A DNA stretch of 62,261 nt, filler included. It is 3 parts of 3 records of this genome, joined end to end, with 100 filler letters (N's around TTAATTAATTAA, not from the genome) between each part and the next. Parts side by side here need not be neighbours in the genome. Positions count along the whole stretch, not along the records: positions 1 to 16,162 come from DRR378314_1693; positions 16,263 to 39,454 come from DRR378314_1696; 1 more part is not named here. The stretch is one strand, 5' to 3'. The notes beneath the pieces are model-generated. The model had not been told where the DNA came from. It ran no database searches and worked only from the letters and a program-made list of their open reading frames with translations. The translations under genes were made by a program, and so were the position numbers. This document shows, in pieces, positions 11,261 to 20,767 of the stretch. Each line of letters begins with the position of its first letter. Positions within the stretch are counted from its first letter, which is position 1.

Positions 11261-14227
11261 TTAAAACTGGACCTTAATACCCATTTTTAATTTTCGGCCT
11301 AATACATCGTAATTACTTGGGAAAGTATTACCTGAGTTTGAGCTTGTATCACCAGCTTCCCCTCCCACAACGGGTGGCTCTTTCTCAAACAAGTTATCAA
11401 TACCAAAGTTAACTACAATATTTTCAGTTGCGTAATAGCTGGCAAATAAGTCGAAGTAGTCATAACTTTCTATACTTTGAAAGTCAGCAAATACATTCGG
11501 TGCTTCAATAGGTTCTACATCCACGCCATCAATATGGCGCCACTGAAGTGAAACAGTTAAGTCATTCCACACCCAGCTTGTTCGTTGTACCCAGCGAAGT
11601 TCAGATACCGGATCACAACTAGTGCTAAAGTAACCTTTACAGTCAATAATTCGAGCTGTATCTGAGCTTTGCGACTCTTGTGTTAAGTATTTATTGATGT
11701 TGCCTGAAAACTGTAGTTCGCCCATACTCTCTGTTATCACAGCAAAATTAAAGCCTAGCTCAAGGCCTTCCGCGCGTTGATTTTTAAGGTTTGTCGTAAA
11801 CTGTTGGATACCTGCACCAGCAATTGTTAAATCACCCCCAATCCGATTTATTTTTGCACATTCGTCAGCATCACCAAGAACATAGCATGCATCCAGTATC
11901 TCTTGAGCAGAGAAGCTCCCAATAATGTTATCAATGTCGATATCATAATAATCTAAAGTAATTGTAAAGTTCTCAAGGCTATCAAACTCAGGTGTCCAAA
12001 CAATACCTGCGGTAAATGTTTCAGCTTCTTCTGCACCTGGTGGGTTTAAAGGATCACTTCCACTTATGACTTGAACTTGTCCTGAAATAACATCTTGCAC
12101 GTTGCCTACTTGTGCTTCAGTCATTCCTGTAGATAAGCATAGTTGTTTTAAGCTTTCAGATATATTACCCGCATTAGCAATCGAGCAAGGATCACTTTGG
12201 GCATTATCTAAACCAGTTACTACGGGTGATGCAATTTCACCGACATTGGGTGCGCGCGTAGCTTGTTGTTGCATTACGCGAACTAAAATATCGCTGACAG
12301 GACGCCAATTAAAACCAAGCTTCCACGTTTCATTGCTACCAACAGTATCATAATCAGCCCAGCGAAAACCAAACTCGATATCAAGAGTTTCAGCACCTGT
12401 TAAGCCATCTAATACAGGTAAATAGCCCTCCATGAAAATCTCATCAACTGAAAAGCCGCCAGAAATAGGGAGTTGGTTACCACCAGCACCACCTTGACAA
12501 CTAGCAGGTGCTAATTTTAAACATTCATCGGGTTCGAACAATCCTTTTTCTTTACGTTTCTCATAACCAAAGCTCATAGCCAGCGGCGCACCAGCTCCTG
12601 GGATCTCAATAAATTCTAAAGAGCCATTCACACTAGCATTAAATATTTCTTGGCTATACTTTTGCTGTTGCAGAGCAATGGCCTGTGCATAGCCAGCCAT
12701 TTCTTCAGTAATAGTACCAAATCCGCCAAACAAGTTGATAGGTACACAACTTGAATCCCCATTTTTACAGGTAACGCCGTCAGTTGTATCTAATGCATTT
12801 TGAATATTTGTTAGGTTAGTATAGCCACCACGTACAGTTGTTCGATTAGACTCACCGTATTGGTAACTTGCGTCATACTCCCAGTCATCAAGAAAATAAC
12901 CTGTAACACCAGTGACAACTTGAAATTGTGTACTATCAAATCGCTCTGTTCTTGCGCCCAGCTCTAGAGTACGTCTTCTTAGTTGTACAGTTAGATAATC
13001 CGCTTCATCAACTATGCCATTACCATTAATATCTTGCCAATTAGAAGGCCCTAAACTGCCAGCTGCGAGGGCTTGAGCTGCACCATCGAGCATGAACTGG
13101 CGAGCTTGATCGCCTATTAATGGGTTTGCTAATGGCAAATCAAAACTTGACCCGAATGTACCAGAGGGTGCAACTTGGGTATCTACACTTGTATTCGTAA
13201 AGTTTACAGATGAATAAACTTGATGATCATCATCAAGGTAGTAGTTACCCAGTGCTGTTGCGGAGTAACGTTCTGATGGGGTTTGATAAAAATTATAAGG
13301 GTTAAAATTAAACACACTACATGTATCAGACTTTAAAGTGCCGTCATTTCTAAATTGTCCAGAGCCTGTTTGGCCTGCACCAACGATTGCAAATCGAGTA
13401 GGGAAAGCAGTGGTAGAACCGCCACTTTCAACTGAGTTAGGTCCACTACATTCTTCGGGTGCGGGGACTGGTGGTTCACCATTTAGAAATTGTTCATAGT
13501 TCGCACCTGTACGTGTTTCAATGCCTAAAAGGCCAAGCGGTCTATCACCCAAAAGGATCTGATCTCTTTTCATCCATCCCAACGAAAGTACTACGTTTCC
13601 TTTATCATCTTCTAGGTTAGAGCCCAGTGTTAGACTAAAGCTGTCCTTATCACCGTCGCCATCTCCGGTTTCGGAATGTTTAGCGTCAAACACAACGCCT
13701 TGAAAATCATCTTTAAGTACAATGTTAACGGCGCCAGCAATTGCATCAGAACCGTATACCGCAGATGCACCACCGGTGACGATATCAATTCTTTCAATAA
13801 GGGCACTTGGAATGGTTGAGCTATCCACCGCACCGTTGTAATTATAAGGGATCATGCGGCGCCCATTCATAAGAACTAATGAGCGTTGTGCACCGAGTCC
13901 TCTCAAGTTAATAGTTGCAGCGCCACCAGAACCATTGTTAACGTTGCTGCCATCTCCAGGAACTGTAGCGGGTAAGTTTCTTAGAATTTGTTCTACTTCT
14001 GGCTCTTGTTGAAAGCCTAGCTCTTTCTCACCAATTGATATTATAGGACTGGCAGAAACAGCGCCGGGTTGCCTTATTCGGCTGCCTGTAACAGATATGA
14101 CTTCTACATCATCGTCAACGGTTGTTTCTTCTTGTGAATAACTTATGGGGGTGTAAATTAATACGGTTGAAAAGAGTCCAGCGTTTATTGCTGCTTTGAC
14201 CCCTGATGACACTTTATTTTGTAGCAT
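11261..14227 (-). CDS. TonB-dependent outer membrane receptor
   Basis: TonB box region EVISVTGSRI, plug motifs LRGLGAQRSLVLMNGRR and YGSDAIAGAVN, C-terminal Phe. Confidence 0.93.
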   Translation of the reverse strand: MLQNKVSSGVKAAINAGLFSTVLIYTPISYSQEETTVDDDVEVISVTGSRIRQPGAVSASPIISIGEKELGFQQEPEVEQILRNLPATVPGDGSNVNNGSGGAATINLRGLGAQRSLVLMNGRRMIPYNYNGAVDSSTIPSALIERIDIVTGGASAVYGSDAIAGAVNIVLKDDFQGVVFDAKHSETGDGDGDKDSFSLTLGSNLEDDKGNVVLSLGWMKRDQILLGDRPLGLLGIETRTGANYEQFLNGEPPVPAPEECSGPNSVESGGSTTAFPTRFAIVGAGQTGSGQFRNDGTLKSDTCSVFNFNPYNFYQTPSERYSATALGNYYLDDDHQVYSSVNFTNTSVDTQVAPSGTFGSSFDLPLANPLIGDQARQFMLDGAAQALAAGSLGPSNWQDINGNGIVDEADYLTVQLRRRTLELGARTERFDSTQFQVVTGVTGYFLDDWEYDASYQYGESNRTTVRGGYTNLTNIQNALDTTDGVTCKNGDSSCVPINLFGGFGTITEEMAGYAQAIALQQQKYSQEIFNASVNGSLEFIEIPGAGAPLAMSFGYEKRKEKGLFEPDECLKLAPASCQGGAGGNQLPISGGFSVDEIFMEGYLPVLDGLTGAETLDIEFGFRWADYDTVGSNETWKLGFNWRPVSDILVRVMQQQATRAPNVGEIASPVVTGLDNAQSDPCSIANAGNISESLKQLCLSTGMTEAQVGNVQDVISGQVQVISGSDPLNPPGAEEAETFTAGIVWTPEFDSLENFTITLDYYDIDIDNIIGSFSAQEILDACYVLGDADECAKINRIGGDLTIAGAGIQQFTTNLKNQRAEGLELGFNFAVITESMGELQFSGNINKYLTQESQSSDTARIIDCKGYFSTSCDPVSELRWVQRTSWVWNDLTVSLQWRHIDGVDVEPIEAPNVFADFQSIESYDYFDLFASYYATENIVVNFGIDNLFEKEPPVVGGEAGDTSSNSGNTFPSNYDVLGRKLKMGIKVQF

Positions 14228-14405
14228 TGTAATCTCCCAAATATTTATAATAATTAGGCTAAGACAACTGCGAGCACGAAGGTGTACCCTAAATTAGCAC
14301 TTTAAAGGTAGTTACTAGGTGGGATTTTGCAAGCTTTAATTGTATCAGGACGTTTCAGTTTTTAATTTGTTCATAAAATGATATTGACATGTCTAATAAT
14401 CAAAT

Positions 14406-14430
14406 AAAAAGCGGCTCCTAGGAGCCGCTT
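14406..14430 (-). terminator. Rho-independent terminator of the DUF1328/lipoprotein unit
   Basis: Perfect palindrome AAGCGGCTCCTAGGAGCCGCTT with adjacent A run. Confidence 0.8.
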
Positions 14431-14451
14431 CATTTAAATTAATAGCATATT

Positions 14452-14643
14452 CTAACAGTTAGTTTCTTCGGCGTTTACGCCTTCTTTAACTTCTTCACAT
14501 GCATCTTCTACTTTGTTTTGAACGTCTGTTACAGCTTCATCAATGCGTTCACCGGCTTCTTCAGCGTGGTTGTCTTCACAACCCATAATAAAGAAACTTG
14601 CAAATAGTGCGATAACGGCAGTTTTTACTGTTGTTGATTTCAT
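14452..14643 (-). CDS. Small acidic lipoprotein (stress-response type)
   Basis: MKSTTVKTAVIALFASFFIMGC lipobox then EEAGERIDEAVTD...VEDACEEVKEG; AAGGA RBS; start trimmed relative to the ORF track. Confidence 0.75.
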   Translation of the reverse strand: MKSTTVKTAVIALFASFFIMGCEDNHAEEAGERIDEAVTDVQNKVEDACEEVKEGVNAEETNC

Positions 14644-14692
14644 AATGTAATTCCTTGTAAATAATAAATAAATCAGTATGTATGTGTTTCGA

Positions 14693-14863
14693 CTAAGGTG
14701 TTTTGCCTCGTAGCGCACCTGAAACTAGCGAAATAACTAATAATACTAAAAAGATAAAAAATATAATTTTGGCAATTCCTGCTGCGGCACCTGCGATACC
14801 ACCAAAACCTAACACTGCAGCAATAAGTGCAATAACTAAAAATGTAATTGTCCAGCGTAACAT
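14693..14863 (-). CDS. DUF1328 (UPF0391/YtjA-like) small membrane protein, missing from the ORF track
   Basis: Hand translation [56 protein letters not shown] (56 aa), AAGGAG RBS. Confidence 0.9.
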   Translation of the reverse strand: MLRWTITFLVIALIAAVLGFGGIAGAAAGIAKIIFFIFLVLLVISLVSGALRGKTP

Positions 14864-14903
14864 TGTCGTCTCCTTGGTTTGTTAATTTGTACAAACTAGA
14901 TTA

Positions 14904-14919
14904 TGCGAGTAACGTGCCA
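14904..14919 (-). promoter_or_regulatory. Sigma54 (-24/-12) promoter for the DUF1328 unit
   Basis: Minus strand TGGCACGTTACTCGCA: GG-N10-GC spacing, one mismatch to TGGCAC-N5-TTGCA. Confidence 0.65.
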
Positions 14920-15049
14920 TAAATTTAACTCTTATTTTTCAAAGGTTTAAATTGTATAGGGGAGCGGCTGAAAAAGTTTGTAAGTAATATTTACTTTATT
15001 ACGTGTAACTTATGCTTGCTGTTGTATATTCTTTTATTAAACATTCTCT

Positions 15050-15066
15050 TTTTGGTAAGACCAATT
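15050..15066. promoter_or_regulatory. PdhR-type operator (distal)
   Basis: TTTTGGTAAGACCAATT versus consensus AATTGGTnnnACCAATT. Confidence 0.6.
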
Positions 15067-15249
15067 TAACTTTATTTTTATTTGACTCTTAAACCAGTTC
15101 GTTTTACGAGCTTGAAATTAAAAACAGTCATGTTGGTTAAGCTGGAGCATAACTTTTAGCTATATTCACTATTTTTGTAATCTATATAACGTCAAATAGT
15201 ACCAATATAGAGAGTGTTAACTTAAGTGTGGTTATGTTATTTTAATATT

Positions 15250-15266
15250 AATTGGTTTTACCAATT
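15250..15266. promoter_or_regulatory. PdhR-type operator (proximal) upstream of oadG
   Basis: AATTGGTTTTACCAATT, full match to the consensus palindrome. Confidence 0.7.
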
Positions 15267-15384
15267 TACAAAGGTTGGATAGGGTCGATATCTTTGTTAT
15301 GATTATTGAATATTTATTTATATAAACTGGTTTATTATCCATTTGTGATAAATGGGTTTCAAATTTTGTATTAAGGGAGTCTGC

Positions 15385-15630
15385 ATGGATATTGGTCAAT
15401 CACTTGCAACAGCTGCAAATTTAATGGTTACTGGCATGGTGGGGGTTTTCATTTTTTTATCATTGCTAATCTCAGCAATTACGCTTATGTCTAAGTTAAT
15501 GAGCCGGTTTGAAGAGCCTGTGGCTGAAGCTGCTCGCACTCCATCGCTTAAAGCTCAAGGTGTGCCTAGTGGCCATATCGCTGCAATCAGTGCCGCGATT
15601 GCTCAATACAAAAATAATCAAAAACAATAA
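15385..15630 (+). CDS. oadG: Oxaloacetate decarboxylase gamma subunit
   Basis: [18 protein letters not shown] helix, [11 protein letters not shown] tail; GGGAG RBS; precedes oadA. Confidence 0.9.
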   Translation: MDIGQSLATAANLMVTGMVGVFIFLSLLISAITLMSKLMSRFEEPVAEAARTPSLKAQGVPSGHIAAISAAIAQYKNNQKQ

Positions 15631-15640
15631 GGGGTGTCCT

Positions 15641-16162
15641 ATGGCTAAACTAAAACTTACTGAGTTGGTACTCAGAGATGCACATCAGTCTTTGCTAGCA
15701 ACACGCATGCGCTTAGATGACATGCTGCCTATTGCTGAAAAATTAGATAACGCGGGTTATTGGTCTATAGAATCTTGGGGCGGGGCTACATTTGATTCTT
15801 GCATTCGTTATTTAGGCGAAGATCCATGGGAGCGTATCAGAGCACTTAAAAAAGCCATGCCAAATACTAAGCAGCAAATGCTGCTGCGTGGTCAAAACCT
15901 TTTAGGGTATCGTCATTACGCTGATGATGTAGTCGAAAAGTTTGTTGAGCGCGCCCACAAAAATGGGGTTGATGTATTCCGTATTTTTGATGCGATGAAT
16001 GATGTACGCAACCTTGAAACGGCGATTAAAGCTGCTATAAAAGTGGGTGCACACGCACAAGGTACTATTTCATATACTGTTAGCCCAGTGCATACACTTG
16101 ATATGTGGCTAACCTTAGCTAAGCAGCTAGAAGATTTAGGTTGTCACTCAATTTGTATTAAG
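15641..16162 (+). CDS. oadA: Na+-translocating oxaloacetate decarboxylase alpha subunit (partial, 3' end missing at contig end)
   Basis: [48 protein letters not shown]. Confidence 0.95.
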
Positions 16163-16262
16163 NNNNNNNNNNNNNNNNNNNNNNNNNNNNNNNNNNNNNN
16201 NNNNNNTTAATTAATTAANNNNNNNNNNNNNNNNNNNNNNNNNNNNNNNNNNNNNNNNNNNN
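16163..16262. other. Artificial contig-joining spacer
   Basis: N44-TTAATTAATTAA-N44 (stops in all frames); composition and taxon change across it. Confidence 0.97.
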
Positions 16263-17552
16263 CACGATCAGCTTGCCACCGCGTTTGGTGAATTGTTTGA
16301 AATAGGTCGCTGCAACGGGGTGGTTTTCAATCGGGTTACACCCAATTGCAATCGCCACATCGGCGTTTTCAATCTCGTTAAAGGTCGCCGTCACCGCACC
16401 CGAGCCGACGTTTTCCATCAACGCTGCCACCGAGGACGCATGACACAGACGCGTGCAGTGATCGACGTTGTTATGGCCAAAGCCCTGACGGATCATCTTC
16501 TGGAACAGATAGGCTTCCTCATTGGTGCATTTGGCCGAGCCAAAGCCCGCCACACCGGTGCCGCCAATATCCATCAACCCCTTGGCCGCAAAATCCAGCG
16601 CCTCATCCCACGTGGCCTCGCGGAAAAACTCCTGCCAATTGGCCGGATCGACGTTCAGCCCTTTTGCCGGTGCATCCTCTCGCCGGATCAACGGCTTCGT
16701 CAGGCGGTGATCGTGATGAATATAGTCAAACCCGAACCGCCCTTTCACACAGAGCCGCCCCTCATTGGCTGGACCATTGATGCCCTCGACATATTTCACC
16801 TTGTCATCTTTGATTTTCAGCGAGATCTGGCAGCCCACCCCGCAGAACGGGCAGATGCTCTCGACTTCACGGTCAAAATCCGCGCTGTCCCCCACCTGAT
16901 CCGCATCCACAACCGTCGACGGCATCAGCGCCCCGGTCGGACAGGCCTGCACACATTCACCGCAGGCCACACAGGAACTTTCGCCCATCGGATCTGCCAT
17001 ATCGAATGTCGGATAGCTGCCCTGCCCACGACCCGACATGCCGATGACATCATTGACCTGCACCTCGCGACAGGCCCGCACACATAGGCCACATTGAATA
17101 CAGGCATCCAGATTGACGGACATTGCCACATGACTGTCATCCAGCAGCGGAATGCGCCCCTCCTCCAACTTGGGAAAGCGGCTGGCCGCCACGCCGTTCA
17201 TCTCTGCCATATCAAACAGATGGCTGGATTTATCATGTGCCACGGCTGCCTCGGGCTGATCCGCCATCAGCAATTCGACCACCATCTTGCGCGCCGACTC
17301 TGCCCGCGCGTTGTTGGTCACCACAACCATCCCTTCAGAGGGTTCGCGAATGCAGGAGGCCGCCAACGTGCGTTCGCCCTCGATCTCGACCATACAGGCA
17401 CGGCAGTTGCCATCAGGACGGTATCCGGGGGCTGGTTTGTGACACAGATGCGGGATCACCAGACCACGACCATTGGCGATTTCCCAAATGGACAGACCGC
17501 TTTCTGCCTCAACCGTTTCCCCGTCGAGGGTGAATGTGATCTTCTCCGCCAT
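16263..17552 (-). CDS. fdhF: Formate dehydrogenase alpha subunit (partial, 3' end missing at contig start)
   Basis: N-terminal 2Fe-2S (HLCH...GNCRACMVE), 4Fe-4S motifs CIQCGLC and CVACGEC, CPFCGVGC, NNVDHCTRLCHASS. Confidence 0.9.
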
Positions 17553-17670
17553 GGTACTTCTCCCAAACTGTTGCCTATTCTATAGCGATTTCGCAGCCCC
17601 CGCAGGAGTCCCAATCCCGACACCCTGCCCCAGTTTTACGCCAACCCAGGTTTCCGATACGCACGCCCTG

Positions 17671-17687
17671 CCCTTCATCTTGCCAAT
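17671..17687 (+). repeat. 17-bp direct repeat, left copy
   Basis: CCCTTCATCTTGCCAAT, identical to 19393-19409. Confidence 0.85.
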
Positions 17688-17799
17688 AGGGTCAGAACCG
17701 CGCCCTCCTGCTTCACCATCACGGCACATGAACCGCCGACACCTTGCACCGCCCCATCCTGTCGGGAGTTGATACAGCCGCAGGCATCCGCCTCATGGA

Positions 17800-18252
17800 T
17801 CAGACCGGAAGCTCCAACGTCGCTTTTTCAGTCGAAACAACAATCGACGTGCGGAATTTTCGCACATTCTTATCGGCAAAGAAGAACCGATGCGTGAACG
17901 CCTCATAATCTTCGATGTCCTTGGACACGACAATCATCACGAAATCACCGTCCCCGGCAATGCAGTAGAAATTCATAACCTGCCGGTCTTGTCGGGCCTT
18001 TCTTTTGAAGGCGTCGATCTGGTCCAGTCGATCACGCTCCAACTCAACAGAGACGATAGCGGTAATGCCAAACCCAAGCTTTTTCGGGTCTAGAACAGCA
18101 ACTTCTTTCTGGATAACCCCATTGTCGCGCAAGACTTTCAGCCGCCTTTGAACCGAAGCAGTAGATACCCCGATATGGTTCGCCAGTTCCTGTATCGGGG
18201 TGCGCGCGTTTTGTTGTAGAACCGACAACAGGCGATAGTCTGATTTGTCCAT
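17800..18252 (-). CDS. Lrp/AsnC family transcriptional regulator
   Basis: N-terminal HTH (LQQNARTPIQELANHIGVSTASVQRRLK) and AGDGDF ligand-binding domain. Confidence 0.92.
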   Translation of the reverse strand: MDKSDYRLLSVLQQNARTPIQELANHIGVSTASVQRRLKVLRDNGVIQKEVAVLDPKKLGFGITAIVSVELERDRLDQIDAFKRKARQDRQVMNFYCIAGDGDFVMIVVSKDIEDYEAFTHRFFFADKNVRKFRTSIVVSTEKATLELPV

Positions 18253-18345
18253 GACTGTAGCCTCTCTGAAGTTCGTAATTTTTGATATTTTAACATCACG
18301 AAATCGAAATATTATATCTATAGTCTATCACATTTCGTCGATAGT

Positions 18346-19035
18346 GTGCCTGCTATGAAACACGGCGCGATCGCAATTCTCCCCCTGGCTGCTGGTGCAG
18401 CTGTTTACGGCTTTGCATTTGGCCTATTGGCCGCGCAGGTCGGTTTCCCCTGGTGGGGCGTTGCTCTGATGAGCAGCCTTGTCCATGCCGGATCATCCCA
18501 GATTGTCGCAGTCGAGCAGTTTGCAGATAGCGCGGCCGTTGTCGGTGCAGCATTCGCAGGGGCGGCCCTGAACCTTCGCTATATCGGGATCATCGCGTCA
18601 CTGACCGAGGTGCTAAGCGGGCTTTCTTTGCGGGCAAAGCTGCTGGTCATCCATATCACGGGCGATGAAAACTGGGCCTTAACGATGTCACAGCGGGCGA
18701 AAGACCCGCAGATCGGTGTACGGTTTTTGATCGGCTCCGGCCTTGTCATGATTACCGTCTGGACCATCTCTACAACGCTTGGTGCGTTTGTAGGGTCAAC
18801 ACTTCCCAATCTTGAGAAATTTGGCCTGGGCTTTGCATTCACCGCGGCCTTCATCGCCATGGCCCGAGGATTGTGGCGCGGTCATGCAAACCTCGTTCCA
18901 TGGATCGCCAGTTTCGCAGTTACAATCGGCCTTGTCACATTGGGCATACCAAAAGCCTATGCGATCGTCGCAGGGGCGATTAGCGGTCTCGCTGTTTCGC
19001 ACATCCTCAGAGACCGAAGAAAGCGCGCGCTATGA
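18346..19035 (+). CDS. azlC: AzlC family amino acid exporter, large subunit
   Basis: GFAFGLLA, AGSSQ, LNLRY, DENWAL motifs; multi-TM; divergent from Lrp regulator. Confidence 0.88.
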   Translation: MPAMKHGAIAILPLAAGAAVYGFAFGLLAAQVGFPWWGVALMSSLVHAGSSQIVAVEQFADSAAVVGAAFAGAALNLRYIGIIASLTEVLSGLSLRAKLLVIHITGDENWALTMSQRAKDPQIGVRFLIGSGLVMITVWTISTTLGAFVGSTLPNLEKFGLGFAFTAAFIAMARGLWRGHANLVPWIASFAVTIGLVTLGIPKAYAIVAGAISGLAVSHILRDRRKRAL

Positions 19036-19328
19036 CATTCCCGTTTTGGATGCTGATTATTGTTCTCGCCATCGCGGCATTCTCGATAAGGGTGCTGGGG
19101 CTCTTTGCCGGTGACGCGATCAAAGCATCCCGGTTTTCATGGATTCTGGATGATCTGCCCGGCCTTATTGTCGTTTCACTGGTCGCTGCCTCCCTTGCCA
19201 ATCAATCCGTTGGGACATGGCTGGCGGCGGCGGCTGCACTGGCAGTCGCATATGTCGCGAACCATGTGATCTTGACCATGTGCGTGGGTGTGGCTGCATA
19301 TGGCGGGCTGGTTTGGTTGGGATTTTAA
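19032..19328 (+). CDS. azlD: AzlD family small subunit
   Basis: ATGA overlap with azlC; small hydrophobic protein with LPGLIVVSLV. Confidence 0.8.
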   Translation: MTFPFWMLIIVLAIAAFSIRVLGLFAGDAIKASRFSWILDDLPGLIVVSLVAASLANQSVGTWLAAAAALAVAYVANHVILTMCVGVAAYGGLVWLGF

Positions 19329-19392
19329 GATCAGAGCTGCTGATGCTCAGGCATGGAATCTAAGGTAAGTGCCGGGTGCCACGCTTCTTCCA

Positions 19393-19409
19393 CCCTTCAT
19401 CTTGCCAAT
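19393..19409 (+). repeat. 17-bp direct repeat, right copy
   Basis: CCCTTCATCTTGCCAAT, identical to 17671-17687. Confidence 0.85.
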
Positions 19410-19473
19410 TAAACTCAGCTGCACTTTCAACCCGCGCGCGCCTCGCCTATCAAAGCACCAAAGGAGCCGCCGC

Positions 19474-20127
19474 ATGTCCCATATTACCCTCATCCGCCAC
19501 GGTCAGGCCAATTCCGGTGCCAAGGACGAACTCAGCTATGACCGGCTCAGCGCGCTTGGCCATGATCAAGCCGGATGGCTGGGCGGTTACCTGCAAGACA
19601 GCGCCACCCATCACACGCGGCTTTATACCGGCACCCTGCGCCGTCATATCGAAACCGCTGATGGCATGGCCACAGGGCTTGAGGCACAGCGCGATCCGCG
19701 GCTGAACGAGCTGGAATATTTCACCATGGCCCAACTGCTGGAAGAACAGCACGGCATTGATTTTCCCACCGAACAGGGGCAGTTCACCAGCCACCTGCCC
19801 ACCGTCTTTACCTATTGGAAAGACGGCAAGATCGAGGGCACTCCGGAAACCTGGGACCAGTTTCACACCCGCGTCAACGATGCCCTACAGGAAATTGCCG
19901 CCGGCAGCGGGCCGGCGCTGGTGGTCACTTCGGGCGGGCTAATCTCCATGGCGATGTCGCAGGCAATGCATCTGGACATACCGGCAATGGCCCGTCTGGC
20001 CCTAGCGATCATGCACACGTCGATGCACCGTCTGTTTCCAATTGGCGGGCATTGGTCGCCTGTCCTGTTCAACGCGGTACCGCATCTTGAAACAGCCGAG
20101 CGCCGCGTCGCGCAGACTCACATCTAA
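19474..20127 (+). CDS. Histidine phosphatase (phosphoglycerate mutase-like) family protein
   Basis: LIRHGQA motif, RLNE, VVTSGG; AAGGAG RBS before ATG 19474. Confidence 0.88.
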   Translation: MSHITLIRHGQANSGAKDELSYDRLSALGHDQAGWLGGYLQDSATHHTRLYTGTLRRHIETADGMATGLEAQRDPRLNELEYFTMAQLLEEQHGIDFPTEQGQFTSHLPTVFTYWKDGKIEGTPETWDQFHTRVNDALQEIAAGSGPALVVTSGGLISMAMSQAMHLDIPAMARLALAIMHTSMHRLFPIGGHWSPVLFNAVPHLETAERRVAQTHI

Positions 20128-20146
20128 TCCTTCGAAAGGCCTGCTC

Positions 20147-20767
20147 ATGTTGAAACTCTATTACGCCACCGGCACCATCGCTGTTGCCGTGGCCATCACA
20201 TTGGAAGAGGCGGGGCTGGCCTATGACCCGATCAAGGTTGATTTCGCCACGGGTGCGCAAACCAAACCCGACTACCTTGCGCTGAACCCCAAGGGCCGTG
20301 TGCCCGCCCTTGTCACCGCCAAAGGCACGATCCTGACCGAAACCGGTGCCTTGCTGGATTACATCGCCACCGTGCAACCGGACGCCGCATTGGTCCCGCA
20401 GGATGCCGAAGACGCGGCCCATGTGCGCAGCGTGATGTATTACCTCGCCTCAACCATGCATGTGGCCCACGCCCATAAGATGCGTGGCAGCCGCTGGGCA
20501 GATCAGCAATCCAGCTTTGATGACATGACAGCCAAAGTCCCCGAAACCATGACCGCTTGCGCGGAATACGTCGAAACCGAATGTCTGCGCGGTGACTTCA
20601 CGACAGGCAAGGCTCTGACACTTGCCGACCCTTATCTTTTTGTTGTCTGCAACTGGCTTAAGGGTGACGGCGTATCTCTCTCCGACTTCCCGAAAATCAC
20701 CGCCTTCCTGTCCCGGATGGAAACCCGCGACAGCGTTAAAGCCGTGCGTGCGAAAGGTATCCTGTGA
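20147..20767 (+). CDS. Glutathione S-transferase family protein
   Basis: YLALNPKGRVPAL, LTETGALL, TLADPYL. Confidence 0.92.
   Translation: MLKLYYATGTIAVAVAITLEEAGLAYDPIKVDFATGAQTKPDYLALNPKGRVPALVTAKGTILTETGALLDYIATVQPDAALVPQDAEDAAHVRSVMYYLASTMHVAHAHKMRGSRWADQQSSFDDMTAKVPETMTACAEYVETECLRGDFTTGKALTLADPYLFVVCNWLKGDGVSLSDFPKITAFLSRMETRDSVKAVRAKGIL

Noticed and set aside
14673-14894. ORF-track calls 14673-14894 (-) and 14703-14885 (+)
   Set aside because: Wrong frames overlapping the real DUF1328 gene at 14693-14863
16207-16218. TTAATTAATTAA palindrome (also 39499-39510) as a biological site
   Set aside because: Identical, centred in N runs, stops in all frames: a synthetic linker
17553-17790. 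Molybdenum-cofactor riboswitch upstream of formate dehydrogenase
   Set aside because: Only scattered short motifs (GGAAAC, TGTCGGGA inverted pair); I could not build the conserved multi-stem fold by eye, and an Rfam cmscan would decide
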